DNA of 64,000 bases, taken from assembly GCA_965205015.1 (NCBI GenBank), contig OZ242029.1, positions 4,896,001-4,960,000 on the forward strand, read 5' to 3'. Position 1 is the first letter of the stretch. Every line of letters starts with the position of its first letter. The notes under the pieces are model-generated. The model did no database searches. It was not told where the DNA came from and saw nothing but the letters and a program-made list of their open reading frames with translations. This DNA comes from Candidatus Poribacteria bacterium (GTDB lineage Bacteria > Poribacteria > WGA-4E > WGA-3G). Of the stretch, positions 41,923 through 52,265 are shown one piece after another. Both the position numbers and the translations under genes were made by a program.

Positions 41923-42651
41923 ATGTATCGCCACTTTTTCCTACCGATTCTCGTACTACTTTTTGCTGTAAGTCCCGTTATCGCTGAGGGTGAAAAACTT
42001 GTCCTCGTTGGCTCTGGTGAACCCGACCCGAAGGACATTCCTCTGATAGAACATCTCGAAGAGTGGGGCTACGTTGTTGAACCGCATCAGCATTTGGCAA
42101 AACACCCTGTTGATCTGGCAGGTATAGATTTTGTCTTCATTTCAGAATCAACCTCCAGTGCCAACATTCTGGATGCTTACAAAGACTCAACCGTCCCAGT
42201 CGTCAATGCAGAGACGTGGACGTACGATGATATGGGATTTGCGGCAGACGGCACATTCAACTCCGATCCAGGTGATGAACTCACTGTCGTTGATACCGAG
42301 CATCCAATAATGGAAGGTTTTAAGGGCGACATCACCGTTAGCAAACCCGCTGCGCCCTTAATGACCTGTAATGGTTTTGAAGGCGATATCGAAATATTAG
42401 CCGTGCGAGCCGACAACGATGATTTCGTCGCCATCTCTGTCTACGAAGAAGGGGCAAAACTACTGAAAGGCACAACGAAAGCACGCCACGTTAACATCTG
42501 GCCCCACTCGACCGGATGGGAACAGGTAACGGACGATGGATGGGAACTCATACATCGCTCAATCCTCTATGCCCTCGGTCAAATTCCATTCGATGTCGCG
42601 CCACAAGACAAACTCGCTATCACCTGGGGACAGATTAAAGCGGTGCGCTAG
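41923..42651 (+). CDS. Secreted protein of unknown function with C-terminal KLAITWGQIK tail
   Basis: Signal peptide; AAGGAGG SD; acidic globular domain. Confidence 0.7.
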   Translation: MYRHFFLPILVLLFAVSPVIAEGEKLVLVGSGEPDPKDIPLIEHLEEWGYVVEPHQHLAKHPVDLAGIDFVFISESTSSANILDAYKDSTVPVVNAETWTYDDMGFAADGTFNSDPGDELTVVDTEHPIMEGFKGDITVSKPAAPLMTCNGFEGDIEILAVRADNDDFVAISVYEEGAKLLKGTTKARHVNIWPHSTGWEQVTDDGWELIHRSILYALGQIPFDVAPQDKLAITWGQIKAVR

Positions 42652-42677
42652 CTGCCAACGACCGGTCTTACCACTTT

Positions 42678-43409
42678 CTATAATAAAGATGCCGATCCAG
42701 CATCCAGAAATACCGCGCAATCTGGGTGCGTCTGTAAAATCGAAGCCGGGTGCATCGGCGTTATCTCGCCGTGTAAGCAATTCCGGACTGCCTCCGCTTT
42801 TCGTTCATCCGGCACGGTGCACACAACGGCTTTCGCCTTCATGATCTGGCGAATAGACATTGAAATCGCCTGGGTCGGCACGTCATCAATTCCCGCAAAC
42901 CAGCCCTCTCCGACCTGTTGAAGGCGGCACGCCTCATCCAATTCGACCAAGATATACGGATCTTCTGTCTCAAAGTCCGCCGGTGGATCGTTGAAGGCGA
43001 GGTGTCCGTTCTCACCGATCCCTACGAACGCCACATCAATCTGATGTTGCGAAATAATCCGATTCAGTCGATCACACTCGGCTTGCGATTCGTCCGCTTC
43101 GCCGTCCAAGAAATGGACCGTTCCGGGACGAACGATGTCCACGAGGCGTTCTCGTAGATACTTGCGAAAACTGGCGGGATGCGTCTCAGGAATGCCGATG
43201 TACTCGTCCAGATGGAACATCGTTGTGTTGTCCCAATCAATCGTTTTATCTGCAGTGAGCGCGGCAAGGAAATCAAATTGAGACGCGCCTGTTGCAACGA
43301 TGAAACTGGCGTGTCCATTTGCCTCCAATGCCTCGCGAAGTTTTTTACTTGCGAGGTGTGCCGCTGCTTCACTCGTTTCCCGTTTGGTTGTTGCTTTAAA
43401 GATATTCAT
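42678..43409 (-). CDS. nagB: Glucosamine-6-phosphate deaminase family
   Basis: [31 protein letters not shown]; ATGA-coupled to MOSC gene. Confidence 0.82.
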   Translation of the reverse strand: MNIFKATTKRETSEAAAHLASKKLREALEANGHASFIVATGASQFDFLAALTADKTIDWDNTTMFHLDEYIGIPETHPASFRKYLRERLVDIVRPGTVHFLDGEADESQAECDRLNRIISQHQIDVAFVGIGENGHLAFNDPPADFETEDPYILVELDEACRLQQVGEGWFAGIDDVPTQAISMSIRQIMKAKAVVCTVPDERKAEAVRNCLHGEITPMHPASILQTHPDCAVFLDAGSASLL

Positions 43410-44047
43410 TTTGTTAAAATTCTTGTGAAATCCCGTTTCCAACTCGGCGAGAGAGCAGGCAGTTTTCTGGCGCGTGCGATTTTCTCGTGATTGTCCGTAT
43501 CGAAATAGCGTAGGTTGAGTATCTCCGTAACACTCATCGGTTCCGATGCAACTTCAATACGCGTAATCGTATCGCCAGCCGTGATTTCGCCTTCTTCAAG
43601 CACCCGAAAATAGAAGCCGACGCGCCGACTCTCTAAAAACTGTTTAGGGAACTCCGGGAGTCCCATCTTGTATGCAAGCTTGAAACACGGCACGCGCGGC
43701 TGTGTAATCTGTAATTTTACCGTTGAACCTACCTGAAAGACATCCCCAATATGAACCGCCTCTTCCAGGAGCGCCTCCACCGTGAGATTTTCGCCGAATT
43801 GCCCATAGGTGAAGTCGTCTCTTTGCAATTCCAGTTGCCAGTGCGCGTAATGTTCAAACGGATAGCCGTAGATGGCTTTATAGGTGCCGCCGTGTACCCG
43901 TAGATCGCCCTGCCCATCACCGTCAATGTTCTTTTCTCTGAGCATGACGGTGCCGGACACCGGTTCCTTGAAAATTCCGGTGCGGATGGTCTTGCCGCCG
44001 TATTGAATAGGCTTCGGTTTTGAGACGTTTATAGATAAGAGTTTCAT
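43406..44047 (-). CDS. MOSC-domain protein (YiiM-like)
   Basis: [39 protein letters not shown]. Confidence 0.88.
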   Translation of the reverse strand: MKLLSINVSKPKPIQYGGKTIRTGIFKEPVSGTVMLREKNIDGDGQGDLRVHGGTYKAIYGYPFEHYAHWQLELQRDDFTYGQFGENLTVEALLEEAVHIGDVFQVGSTVKLQITQPRVPCFKLAYKMGLPEFPKQFLESRRVGFYFRVLEEGEITAGDTITRIEVASEPMSVTEILNLRYFDTDNHEKIARARKLPALSPSWKRDFTRILTK

Positions 44048-44113
44048 AATATGCTTTAATATACTGATTCTTCTAAGTTATGTCAAGCGAAACATTTTTT
44101 ACATTTTTTCCCC

Positions 44114-44150
44114 TTATGCAACCTTTGCTTCTTTAAATCGCGTCATTAAT
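44114..44150 (+). promoter_or_regulatory. Putative ECF-type promoter, copy 1
   Basis: TTATGCAAC-N17-GCGTCATTAAT; 4 copies with equal spacing. Confidence 0.6.
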
Positions 44151-44215
44151 AGTAACAGCAGTCTGAGAGTCGCGCGTTAAAAACGCGCATGCTTAACTCA
44201 CTTTGGAGAGACTTG

Positions 44216-47122
44216 ATGAAAAACGAAGATGCACAACTGGTTAACCGCTTCTTGACAGGTGACGAAAGTGCCTTTACCACGCTGGTAAAAAAATACCAGA
44301 AGCGCGTCCATGCACTCACATGGCGGAAGGTCGGCGATTTCCATACTGCCGAGGAACTCACACAAGACACCTTCCTCAAGGCATACCAGAAACTTGGGAC
44401 GCTGAAGAATCCGAGTCAGTTCGCTGGATGGCTCTATGTCATCGCTGATCGGCTCTGTATCGCGTGGCACCGAAGGCAGAAACCACCAATGGAATCTTTG
44501 GAAACAACGAGTGGAGAGGAGGTCGAGGCATCGTCTTACCGGCACTACGAAGATGAACAACGTGAAGCAGCTTCTGTTGAACATCGTTATGGACGCATTA
44601 GAGACCTCTTAGAAAAACTCCCCGAGAGCGAACGGACAGTTGTGACACTCCACTACCTCGGAGAAATGACGTGTAAAGCGATTGGTGAGTTTTTAGGTGT
44701 CTCTCCGAACACAGTTAAGAGTCGTCTCCAGCGTGCACGAAACCGTTTAAAGGAGCAAGAAACCATGATTCAGGAAACGCTTGGGGGTGTACATTTACCT
44801 ACCTCCTTCACCGATCACATTATGAAGCAAGTCGGTAACATAAAACCGGCATCTCCGACGCACAGCAAACCGTTTCTGCCGTGGGCAATCTCTGCCGCAA
44901 CAACCGTCTTTATCTTTCTAATAATGGGTGCGGGATCTCAATACCTTTCTCACTTCCAGAAGCCGTATAACCTGAACGCCCCATCGGAAACCACCGTTGA
45001 AATTATTGATGCCCCTATTGTCTTGGATACACAAGCAAAACCGGATTTACGGAACCAATCTGGACGTTTCGATACCACCGGTAAGAGCAGCAGTGCCGGT
45101 CCACAAGTCTCGGAACCTGTTATGCTTGCCGCTGCACAGGTAGAAAAGGAGCCGCGCCCGTCAACAAAACAGCAATGGATACAGGTAAGCGGTCCAAAAG
45201 AAGAAGCCTCCGTATCCGACTTATTGGTCAGTTCTTGGGGAGATGTCTATGCGGTTTCAAAAATTGGTATCTACAGATTAGCATCAGATGCCCCCACATG
45301 GACGCTCGTCAGTCCACTGCCACCAGAGACTTCTGTAGACAATCACGGTATACGGATGGCAGAACGAAAGGACACCCTCTATCTCGTCTTTCCTAACGGT
45401 GTGTTCGCTTCAAAAGACAGAGGTGAAACATGGACAAAACTGGGTGGGCGCCCAGAGGGACGCGCCATTGGATTGGTGATAACGGATGAAGCCTGGTATC
45501 TCACGCTTCGAGACGATGAAGGTATCTTCCGATCTACAGATGAAGGGAAGCAGTGGACCTCACTCGACAATGAAATAGCAGACAGCGGTGTTAATGCAAT
45601 AGCTGCCGTTGAAAACACAGTGTTTGTTGGGACAAATCAGGGGCTCTACCGCTTGCGTCCAGAGATGTCGGAGAAACTGACAATAGATACCACGAAAGCC
45701 ATCCGCTCTTTGTCAGTCTCCGGAAATAATCTCTATGTCGGGACAGGACTCGATCTAACGCAATTGGAAACCGAGGAAGGAAGGAAGGCACACTTTGAGA
45801 AACTTATAGAGGAATTTACGAGTAACGCCAATGCCCGGCAATGGGAGATTTTCCGCTCAACCGATTTGGGCGAGTCGTGGACAGATATAACACCGACCAG
45901 CACATCTCACATGATGAGAGCTGCATCGAGTACTAAAGTCGTGTCAACCGGAAATGCTGTTCTGGCATTAGGTATGATAAACTTCCACTCAACCGATAGG
46001 GGAAAAACATGGACAGAATTTGGCTTCAATAGCGACGAAATGATGTTGGATATATTTCCTGCTGTCGCAGTGGACGAAAATACCATCTTCAAAACCGGAC
46101 CCTCTGAACTTAAACGCTCAACCGATGGCGGCGAATCGTGGCATCTGTTTACAGATGGAATCGTAGGCACCAACGTATTCAACTTAGTTGGATTCAAAAA
46201 TGAACTTTATACGCCTGCCTCCAAAGGTGTTGCCAAATCCAGCGATGGCGGCGAGTCGTGGAACAAACTCACCGTGAGTTCTGGTGATCTCACACTAAAA
46301 CCAGTAGAGAAAGACACCTCTCTGATTTCCCCAAAATTCACAATTGCTGACGGTGTGCTTTATGTAGTCTCATTCTCTTTAGTCCCCGAGCATCAAATGC
46401 GTATTTTCCGTCTCTCTGCGAACGGAAACGTGTTAGTCCCTATCCAAGGAATACCTGCCCTTGAAGGTGCTCCTTCCACCAAGGATATAAAAGATTGGGC
46501 AGATAAATTGTTCCGATTCGATATATTTCCCGGAGCGTTCGCAGTCAGCGGTGAGACCTTCTATGCGGAATACACGCGGCAGCTGCTCCGGTGGAAACGT
46601 GGTGAATCAAAATGGTTTAATACCGGATTGGTAGATACAGACAGCGCAGATAAAAGCGATGATTCTATGAGGGGTTTCAAACTTGCTGTTTCAGAAGAGA
46701 CCGTCTATGTTGGAAAACGCGATGGACATCTCTTTCAATCGCTTGATAGTGGCAACACATGGAAAGATTTAACCCCAAACCTCCCACTCCGTTTTGAGCG
46801 TTTCAATGGGATAACCTTCGCGGGTTCAACGGTCTATGTTGCGACTGACGCAGGTGTCTTGACCTCAGAAGACGGTGAACATTGGCGCGCACTCACCGAT
46901 ACGGCAGGAACGCATCCCCTCATTGATCGAATGGCAGTGGATATCACAACAGTTTACGGTGTTGGGGATGAAGGTATCTATCGACTGAACAATCGCGATG
47001 AATGGGAAAAGATCTCTCCAGAAGTGCCCGATAGCGTCACCGCTTTCGTGATCAATAATGATCAATTCTATATCGTAACCGAACATCGCGGGATGTTCCA
47101 CGTCTCTCTCGAAAAAGAATAA
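44216..47122 (+). CDS. ECF sigma factor fused to TM helix and BNR/Asp-box beta-propeller (paralog 1)
   Basis: Sigma2 AEELTQDTFLKAY/FAGWLYVIA; sigma4 LGVSPNTVKSRLQRAR; TM WAISAATTVFIFLIMG; about 8 SxDxGxxW-type boxes. Confidence 0.88.
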   Translation: MKNEDAQLVNRFLTGDESAFTTLVKKYQKRVHALTWRKVGDFHTAEELTQDTFLKAYQKLGTLKNPSQFAGWLYVIADRLCIAWHRRQKPPMESLETTSGEEVEASSYRHYEDEQREAASVEHRYGRIRDLLEKLPESERTVVTLHYLGEMTCKAIGEFLGVSPNTVKSRLQRARNRLKEQETMIQETLGGVHLPTSFTDHIMKQVGNIKPASPTHSKPFLPWAISAATTVFIFLIMGAGSQYLSHFQKPYNLNAPSETTVEIIDAPIVLDTQAKPDLRNQSGRFDTTGKSSSAGPQVSEPVMLAAAQVEKEPRPSTKQQWIQVSGPKEEASVSDLLVSSWGDVYAVSKIGIYRLASDAPTWTLVSPLPPETSVDNHGIRMAERKDTLYLVFPNGVFASKDRGETWTKLGGRPEGRAIGLVITDEAWYLTLRDDEGIFRSTDEGKQWTSLDNEIADSGVNAIAAVENTVFVGTNQGLYRLRPEMSEKLTIDTTKAIRSLSVSGNNLYVGTGLDLTQLETEEGRKAHFEKLIEEFTSNANARQWEIFRSTDLGESWTDITPTSTSHMMRAASSTKVVSTGNAVLALGMINFHSTDRGKTWTEFGFNSDEMMLDIFPAVAVDENTIFKTGPSELKRSTDGGESWHLFTDGIVGTNVFNLVGFKNELYTPASKGVAKSSDGGESWNKLTVSSGDLTLKPVEKDTSLISPKFTIADGVLYVVSFSLVPEHQMRIFRLSANGNVLVPIQGIPALEGAPSTKDIKDWADKLFRFDIFPGAFAVSGETFYAEYTRQLLRWKRGESKWFNTGLVDTDSADKSDDSMRGFKLAVSEETVYVGKRDGHLFQSLDSGNTWKDLTPNLPLRFERFNGITFAGSTVYVATDAGVLTSEDGEHWRALTDTAGTHPLIDRMAVDITTVYGVGDEGIYRLNNRDEWEKISPEVPDSVTAFVINNDQFYIVTEHRGMFHVSLEKE

Positions 47123-47158
47123 TAGACATTTGCGCAACGATTCTCTCTACGTGTCTCC

Positions 47159-47201
47159 AATAGAGTGGTGATTTTACCCATAGCATCACCACTCTATTTT
47201 T
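47159..47201. terminator. Hairpin terminator after sigma fusion 1
   Basis: AATAGAGTGGTGAT/ATCACCACTCTATT stem followed by T run. Confidence 0.7.
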
Positions 47202-47348
47202 ATTCTAAAGGAACTTATCGCTAAACCCAACCTAAAAAGGGAGTTGATAACCCGCACGATTCTGTAGCGTATCTTGTTAGGGTGCGCACAATCTTTTGAA
47301 CAGACTCACAAACTATACTACAAAAATGGCAACTTGTGTTATATTATA

Positions 47349-48757
47349 CTAAAGTTTGGACAATATTGTAAGTTTCAAGCTGCTTTGTCGAAAGGTAGCG
47401 TGGTATCGTGTTCAGATATGGGATGAATATTCTGTGAGTTGGTCTCTTCTTGGGAACTCGCAGAATATTCCAACGCTCTGAGGTGCGACTGTAAATAAGC
47501 GACCCGTAACCCTTGGGTCAAGTGCTTCGGATGATACCAATGAATCCCGAGATGCTCGCAGACCTCTTTGACGCTCACGCGATCCGAGGGATACCGAGAC
47601 CCAAACTTCAAGAAGACCAACTTCGTCAGAGACGCTGCGACGAAACTCAGCTGCACGAAGCGATTGATGCTTTTGCGAGACTTGACCCGATAGGCATCAA
47701 ATCCGAAATGCTGCTTGACATCTCGAAACGCTGTTTCTATCTGCCACCTCTGCCGGTAGTATTCAACGATCTTCGGGAGCTCCAAGGTCATATCTGTTGT
47801 AAAGACACAGAAATACCGATACGGTTTTGAGGGTTTGACTCGGGTGCGTATCACGACGAGTCGGACGTCTGTCGGACACATTTTCGTCCGAACGACCTCT
47901 GAGGCGACCTGATACGTTTTTTCCAGGATGCAAACGTCTTGATACCGTAAGCGTTGGATGTTCAAACGGTCTCCATATTTCTTCGGACGCCCGCGCTGGG
48001 GGCGCTTCGGACGTTTCGGTAAACGATAAAACACCGCATTTGACTTCGCACGACACAACAGATGATGTCCGAGTTCCAAGAGCATTTCAAAGACTTTTCG
48101 GCGGCAGAACCCTCTATCAAAGAGGATCAACCCCCGGGGGAGCTTTGAACAGATACGTTTCAACACCGCATCACCTTTGTCCCGGAGCGTCTGAGGTGCA
48201 ATGAGTTTCACCCAGACCGGAAACAGCAACCAATCTGCCGCTGTCTCGCAGAGTAAACCTAATGCCCCAAACTCGTGTCCGAAGTGAAACTTTGATTGAT
48301 TCACGCGATGTTTACCGTGATAACTGAAGTTGCGGAAAAAATGTAAACCCCATTGGGTTTTACCCGTCTTCAAGGCTTTGGTGGCATCATAGACGTAAAC
48401 CCAGTCGGCAAACACGCCCTGGAGCCTTTTCATCAGGCACGCAGCAACCGCATCGGTATCCCATTTGCCCCGGGAAAGAAACTTCGGAAACGACCAATAG
48501 CGTGTCGCGGATCCACTCGACTGATACAGGTGCGTCAGGCTGCCTCCAGGCGGTTGAGTCATAAACCCAAAAATAAATGCTTGAAAAAGCGCAAAGTTTT
48601 GGGAGTTGAACAAATGACGAAAATCCGATACAATACTTTCTAAGTGGAGAAGCAGGGGCATTTTTGCCTTCCTTTCAAAACAGTGGTATGTTTATGAAAG
48701 GATACCTGCTTTTCTGCTTTCAAACATCTTAATTCTTTAAAATTGTCCAAACTTTAG
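47349..48757 (-). mobile_element. Intact insertion sequence (IS4/IS701-like DDE)
   Basis: 16-bp perfect TIR CTAAAGTTTGGACAAT; 9-bp TSD TATATTATA at 47340-47348 and 48758-48766. Confidence 0.92.
47375..48661 (-). CDS. DDE transposase
   Basis: YDAT, LFDRGF, YRQRWQIETAFRDVKQHFG. Confidence 0.92.
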   Translation of the reverse strand: MPLLLHLESIVSDFRHLFNSQNFALFQAFIFGFMTQPPGGSLTHLYQSSGSATRYWSFPKFLSRGKWDTDAVAACLMKRLQGVFADWVYVYDATKALKTGKTQWGLHFFRNFSYHGKHRVNQSKFHFGHEFGALGLLCETAADWLLFPVWVKLIAPQTLRDKGDAVLKRICSKLPRGLILFDRGFCRRKVFEMLLELGHHLLCRAKSNAVFYRLPKRPKRPQRGRPKKYGDRLNIQRLRYQDVCILEKTYQVASEVVRTKMCPTDVRLVVIRTRVKPSKPYRYFCVFTTDMTLELPKIVEYYRQRWQIETAFRDVKQHFGFDAYRVKSRKSINRFVQLSFVAASLTKLVFLKFGSRYPSDRVSVKEVCEHLGIHWYHPKHLTQGLRVAYLQSHLRALEYSASSQEETNSQNIHPISEHDTTLPFDKAA

Positions 48758-48762
48758 TATAT

Positions 48763-48881
48763 TATAGTAAAACCCGTAATTACTTATACACTAACACAAG
48801 GGCGAGGATGCAATCCTCGCCAGCGGTGGCGGGGTGTTTGTTCCCTGACGAACTGTAAACATATTTTTGGATTTTACTATA
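48763..48881. mobile_element. MITE-like element with 28-bp imperfect TIRs
   Basis: TATAGTAAAA...TTTTACTATA ends; internal palindrome GGCGAGGATGCAATCCTCGCC. Confidence 0.65.
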
Positions 48882-48931
48882 AAAAAATACTTCAGCGTAG
48901 CCGTGATATAATTTCTCCAATTTTTTTCTCG

Positions 48932-48968
48932 TTATGCACCATTCTGTTCTTTAAATCTCGTCATTAAT
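48932..48968 (+). promoter_or_regulatory. Putative ECF-type promoter, copy 2
   Basis: TTATGCACC-N17-TCGTCATTAAT. Confidence 0.6.
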
Positions 48969-49029
48969 TAGTGACAGCAGTCGGATAGTCGCGCGTTAAA
49001 AACGCGCACTCTTAAGTTACTGGAGAGAC

Positions 49030-51978
49030 TTGATGAAAAACGAAGATGCACAATTGGTCAACCAATTTCTGACAGGCGACGAGAACGCCTTCACCGCACT
49101 CGTAAAAAAATATCAGAAAAGCGTCCACGCCCTCACATGGCGGAAGGTTGGCGATTTTCATACCGCTGAGGAACTCACACAGGACACCTTCCTGAAAGCA
49201 TATCAGAAACTCGCGACGTTAAAGAATCCGAATCAGTTCGCGGGATGGCTCTATGTGATCGCCGATCGGCTCTGTATCGACTGGCATCGAAAGCAGAAAC
49301 CACCCATGGGATCCTTGGAAACCACCAGCGGAGAGGAGATTGAAGAATCTTCCTACCGTCACTACGAAGACGAACAACGTGAGGCAGCCTCCGTCGAACA
49401 TCTTCAAGAACACGTCAAAAGTCTTTTAGAGAAACTGCCGGAGAGCGAACGCACAGTTGTGACACTTCACTATCTTGGAGAAATGACCTATAAAGCGATC
49501 AGTGAATTTTTAGGCGTATCCCCAAACACGGTTAAAAGCCGCCTCCAACGCGCACGGAACCGTTTAAGACAGGAAGATGATAGGGTGCGCGACACCCTTA
49601 GTAGTGTAGATCTGCCCATAACTTTCACCGAAAATATTGTAAAACAAATCGCTGACATAAAACCTGTAGCCCCTACGAACAGTAAACCCTTAATACCTTG
49701 GGCGATCTCTACCGCAACAGCCATCTTTATTTTTTTAATAATGGGTGTAGGGTCGCAATATCTCTCCCGTTTCCAGAAACCGTATAACCTGAACGCTCGA
49801 TCGGAAACCATCGTTGAAATCATCGACACCCCCATTGTCCTTGACAGAGAAGAAAAACCGGACTTGCGGAACCAAGCCGGTCACCTCGATACCACCGGTA
49901 AAAGTAAAGGTGCCGGTCCACAAATTTCAGAACCTGTTGTGCTTGCCGCTGCTCAAGTAGAAAAGGAGACGCACCCGTCAACAAAACAGCAGTGGACACA
50001 AGCAAACGGTCCCGAAGGCGGAACAGTATCAGGATTACTTCTCAGCTCGACAGGTGATATCTACACCGTTTCCGCGAGCGGTATCTATAGATTCACACCA
50101 AATGCGTCTGTATGGGCACTTGTGAGTCCATTGCCGCCAGAGGCTTCCGAAGACTACAGCTGGAAACCGATGGCAGAACGAAACGGCACCCTCTACCTTG
50201 TATCGACTGATAAAGTGTGGGTCTCAACCGATAGCGGCGAAACATGGGAGTCGCTGGGTCCGCGTCCAAAAGGAAACCCTATCGGACTCGCCATCACGGC
50301 TCAAGGCTTATATCTCGCCCTTGAAAATCAGATTTTCCGATCCGAAAACGCAGGTAAACAGTGGATTCCGATGGACGATGGGATAATCAACGAAAACACT
50401 CACATTCTCACACTGACTGCTATCGAAAACACCGTGTTTGTAGGCATGAACCATGGACTCTACCGTTCGCGATCAGGGATGTGGGAAAAATTGCCGGTGG
50501 ATACCACCAAAGCCATCCATTCCTTGGCGGTTTATGAAAACGACCTCTATGTCGGGACAGGTCCCGATATTTCTCAATTAAACACTCCCGAAGGTGCTGG
50601 GGCGTTCATCGGTCAAGTTATGAGCAGTGACACCCGAAGTTCATGGGAGCTCTTCCACTCGGTCGACTTGGGCGATACGTGGACGGAACTAACACCGAAA
50701 ATCACTTCGTTCACAATGAAAATATCACCGGGTGCTAAAGTCCTGGTGAGTGGAGAGACAGTGTTAGTCTTAGGCGTCACGACGTTCCGCTCAACGGATG
50801 GTGGAAAAACATGGACGGACTTTGGATTTGACACATCCGATATGAATACGGCACTGAATTCAGTGACACTCAGTATGTTTCCAGCAGCGACAGTGGGCAA
50901 AAATACATTTCTCAAAGTTGGAATGCACGACGGACTCATCCGTTCAACCGATGGGGGTCAGTCGTGGTACCCATTCACGAAAGGGATGGTAGGTACCAAA
51001 GTGTTTGACCTGGTAGCATTCAAAAATGCGCTCTACGCAAATACCGGCTCAGGTATCGCCAAATCCGCTGATAACGGGAAGTCCTGGAAAACTCTTGCTG
51101 TGAATTCCGCAGAACTTGTGTTAGAACCGTCAGACCTAACTATACCTACGGATATCCTGATTTCCGCAAAATTAGCGATCTCTGACGGTGTGCTTTACGG
51201 CATCTCAGCAGCCTTCGACACACAAAACGAAGTTCGCCTTTTTCGTCTCTCCGCGAGCGGCGACGTGTTAGTACCTATCCAGGGACCTGCTACCTTCGGT
51301 GGAAATCTCTCCATAATAGCCATGATGGGTCTGGCAGATGCCACTCGGCAACTCGAAAGGTTCTCTGCAGAGTTCGCAGTGAGCGGCGAGACATTTTATA
51401 CAGAATATAAGAGACGGCTTTTCCGCTGGAAACGCGGTGAACCAGAATGGTTCAACACCGGATTGATAGATAAAACCCCGCTCTCTGATAATTATAACGA
51501 TGCTGTGAAAGAGCGTCAGAAAAGTATCGCACTTGCTGTTTCAACGGAAACCGTCTATGTCGGAAAACGTGATGGACATCTCTTTCAATCGTTTGATAGT
51601 GGCAACACATGGAAGGACCTGACTTCAAATCTGCCGCTGCGCTTCACGTACTTTAAAGAGATCGTCTTTGCGGGTCCAACAGTGTATGTCGCTACAGACA
51701 CGGGTGTCTTGACTTCAGAAACAGGTGAACACTGGCGAGCGATCACCGATAAAACCGGGAGCCATACCGTTATAGATCGAATTGCTGTGTCCGGTACCTC
51801 GGTTTACGGTGCTGGGAATGAAGGTGCCTATCAATTGAACCGTCGCGGTGAATGGAAAAAAATCTCGCCAGAAGTGCCAGGTCGGGTTATTTCTCTCGTT
51901 ATTAACGACGATACACTTTACGCTGTGACGGAAAAACGCGGGATGTTTCAGGTCTCGCTTGAAGAAGAAAACTATTGA
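49030..51978 (+). CDS. ECF sigma-TM-BNR beta-propeller fusion (paralog 2)
   Basis: Same architecture as 44216 with a near-identical sigma domain. Confidence 0.88.
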   Translation: MMKNEDAQLVNQFLTGDENAFTALVKKYQKSVHALTWRKVGDFHTAEELTQDTFLKAYQKLATLKNPNQFAGWLYVIADRLCIDWHRKQKPPMGSLETTSGEEIEESSYRHYEDEQREAASVEHLQEHVKSLLEKLPESERTVVTLHYLGEMTYKAISEFLGVSPNTVKSRLQRARNRLRQEDDRVRDTLSSVDLPITFTENIVKQIADIKPVAPTNSKPLIPWAISTATAIFIFLIMGVGSQYLSRFQKPYNLNARSETIVEIIDTPIVLDREEKPDLRNQAGHLDTTGKSKGAGPQISEPVVLAAAQVEKETHPSTKQQWTQANGPEGGTVSGLLLSSTGDIYTVSASGIYRFTPNASVWALVSPLPPEASEDYSWKPMAERNGTLYLVSTDKVWVSTDSGETWESLGPRPKGNPIGLAITAQGLYLALENQIFRSENAGKQWIPMDDGIINENTHILTLTAIENTVFVGMNHGLYRSRSGMWEKLPVDTTKAIHSLAVYENDLYVGTGPDISQLNTPEGAGAFIGQVMSSDTRSSWELFHSVDLGDTWTELTPKITSFTMKISPGAKVLVSGETVLVLGVTTFRSTDGGKTWTDFGFDTSDMNTALNSVTLSMFPAATVGKNTFLKVGMHDGLIRSTDGGQSWYPFTKGMVGTKVFDLVAFKNALYANTGSGIAKSADNGKSWKTLAVNSAELVLEPSDLTIPTDILISAKLAISDGVLYGISAAFDTQNEVRLFRLSASGDVLVPIQGPATFGGNLSIIAMMGLADATRQLERFSAEFAVSGETFYTEYKRRLFRWKRGEPEWFNTGLIDKTPLSDNYNDAVKERQKSIALAVSTETVYVGKRDGHLFQSFDSGNTWKDLTSNLPLRFTYFKEIVFAGPTVYVATDTGVLTSETGEHWRAITDKTGSHTVIDRIAVSGTSVYGAGNEGAYQLNRRGEWKKISPEVPGRVISLVINDDTLYAVTEKRGMFQVSLEEENY

Positions 51979-51990
51979 TGTTATAGATTT

Positions 51991-52265
51991 AAGGCTACGG
52001 GCACCCACAAGGGGTGCCCCTACGGCTGGTGTCGGTTCAGGATATGGGCACCTACAAGGCTACGGGCACCCACAAGGGGTGCCCCTACGGCTGGTGTCGG
52101 TTTAGGATACGGGCACCTACAAGGCTACGGGCACCCACAAGGGGTGCCCCTACGGCTGGTGTCGGTTCAGGATATGGGCACCTACAAGGCTACGGGCACC
52201 CACAAGGGGTGCCCCTACGGTTGGTGTCGGTTTAGGATACGGGCACCCACAAGGGGTGCCCCTAC
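51991..52265. repeat. 65-bp tandem array of REP-like palindromes
   Basis: Units start 51991, 52056, 52121, 52186; core GGGCACCCACAAGGGGTGCCCCTAC x5. Confidence 0.9.

Noticed and set aside
51991-52265. Possible CRISPR array
   Set aside because: Intervening sequences are near-identical rather than unique spacers; no cas genes; repeat is REP-like.
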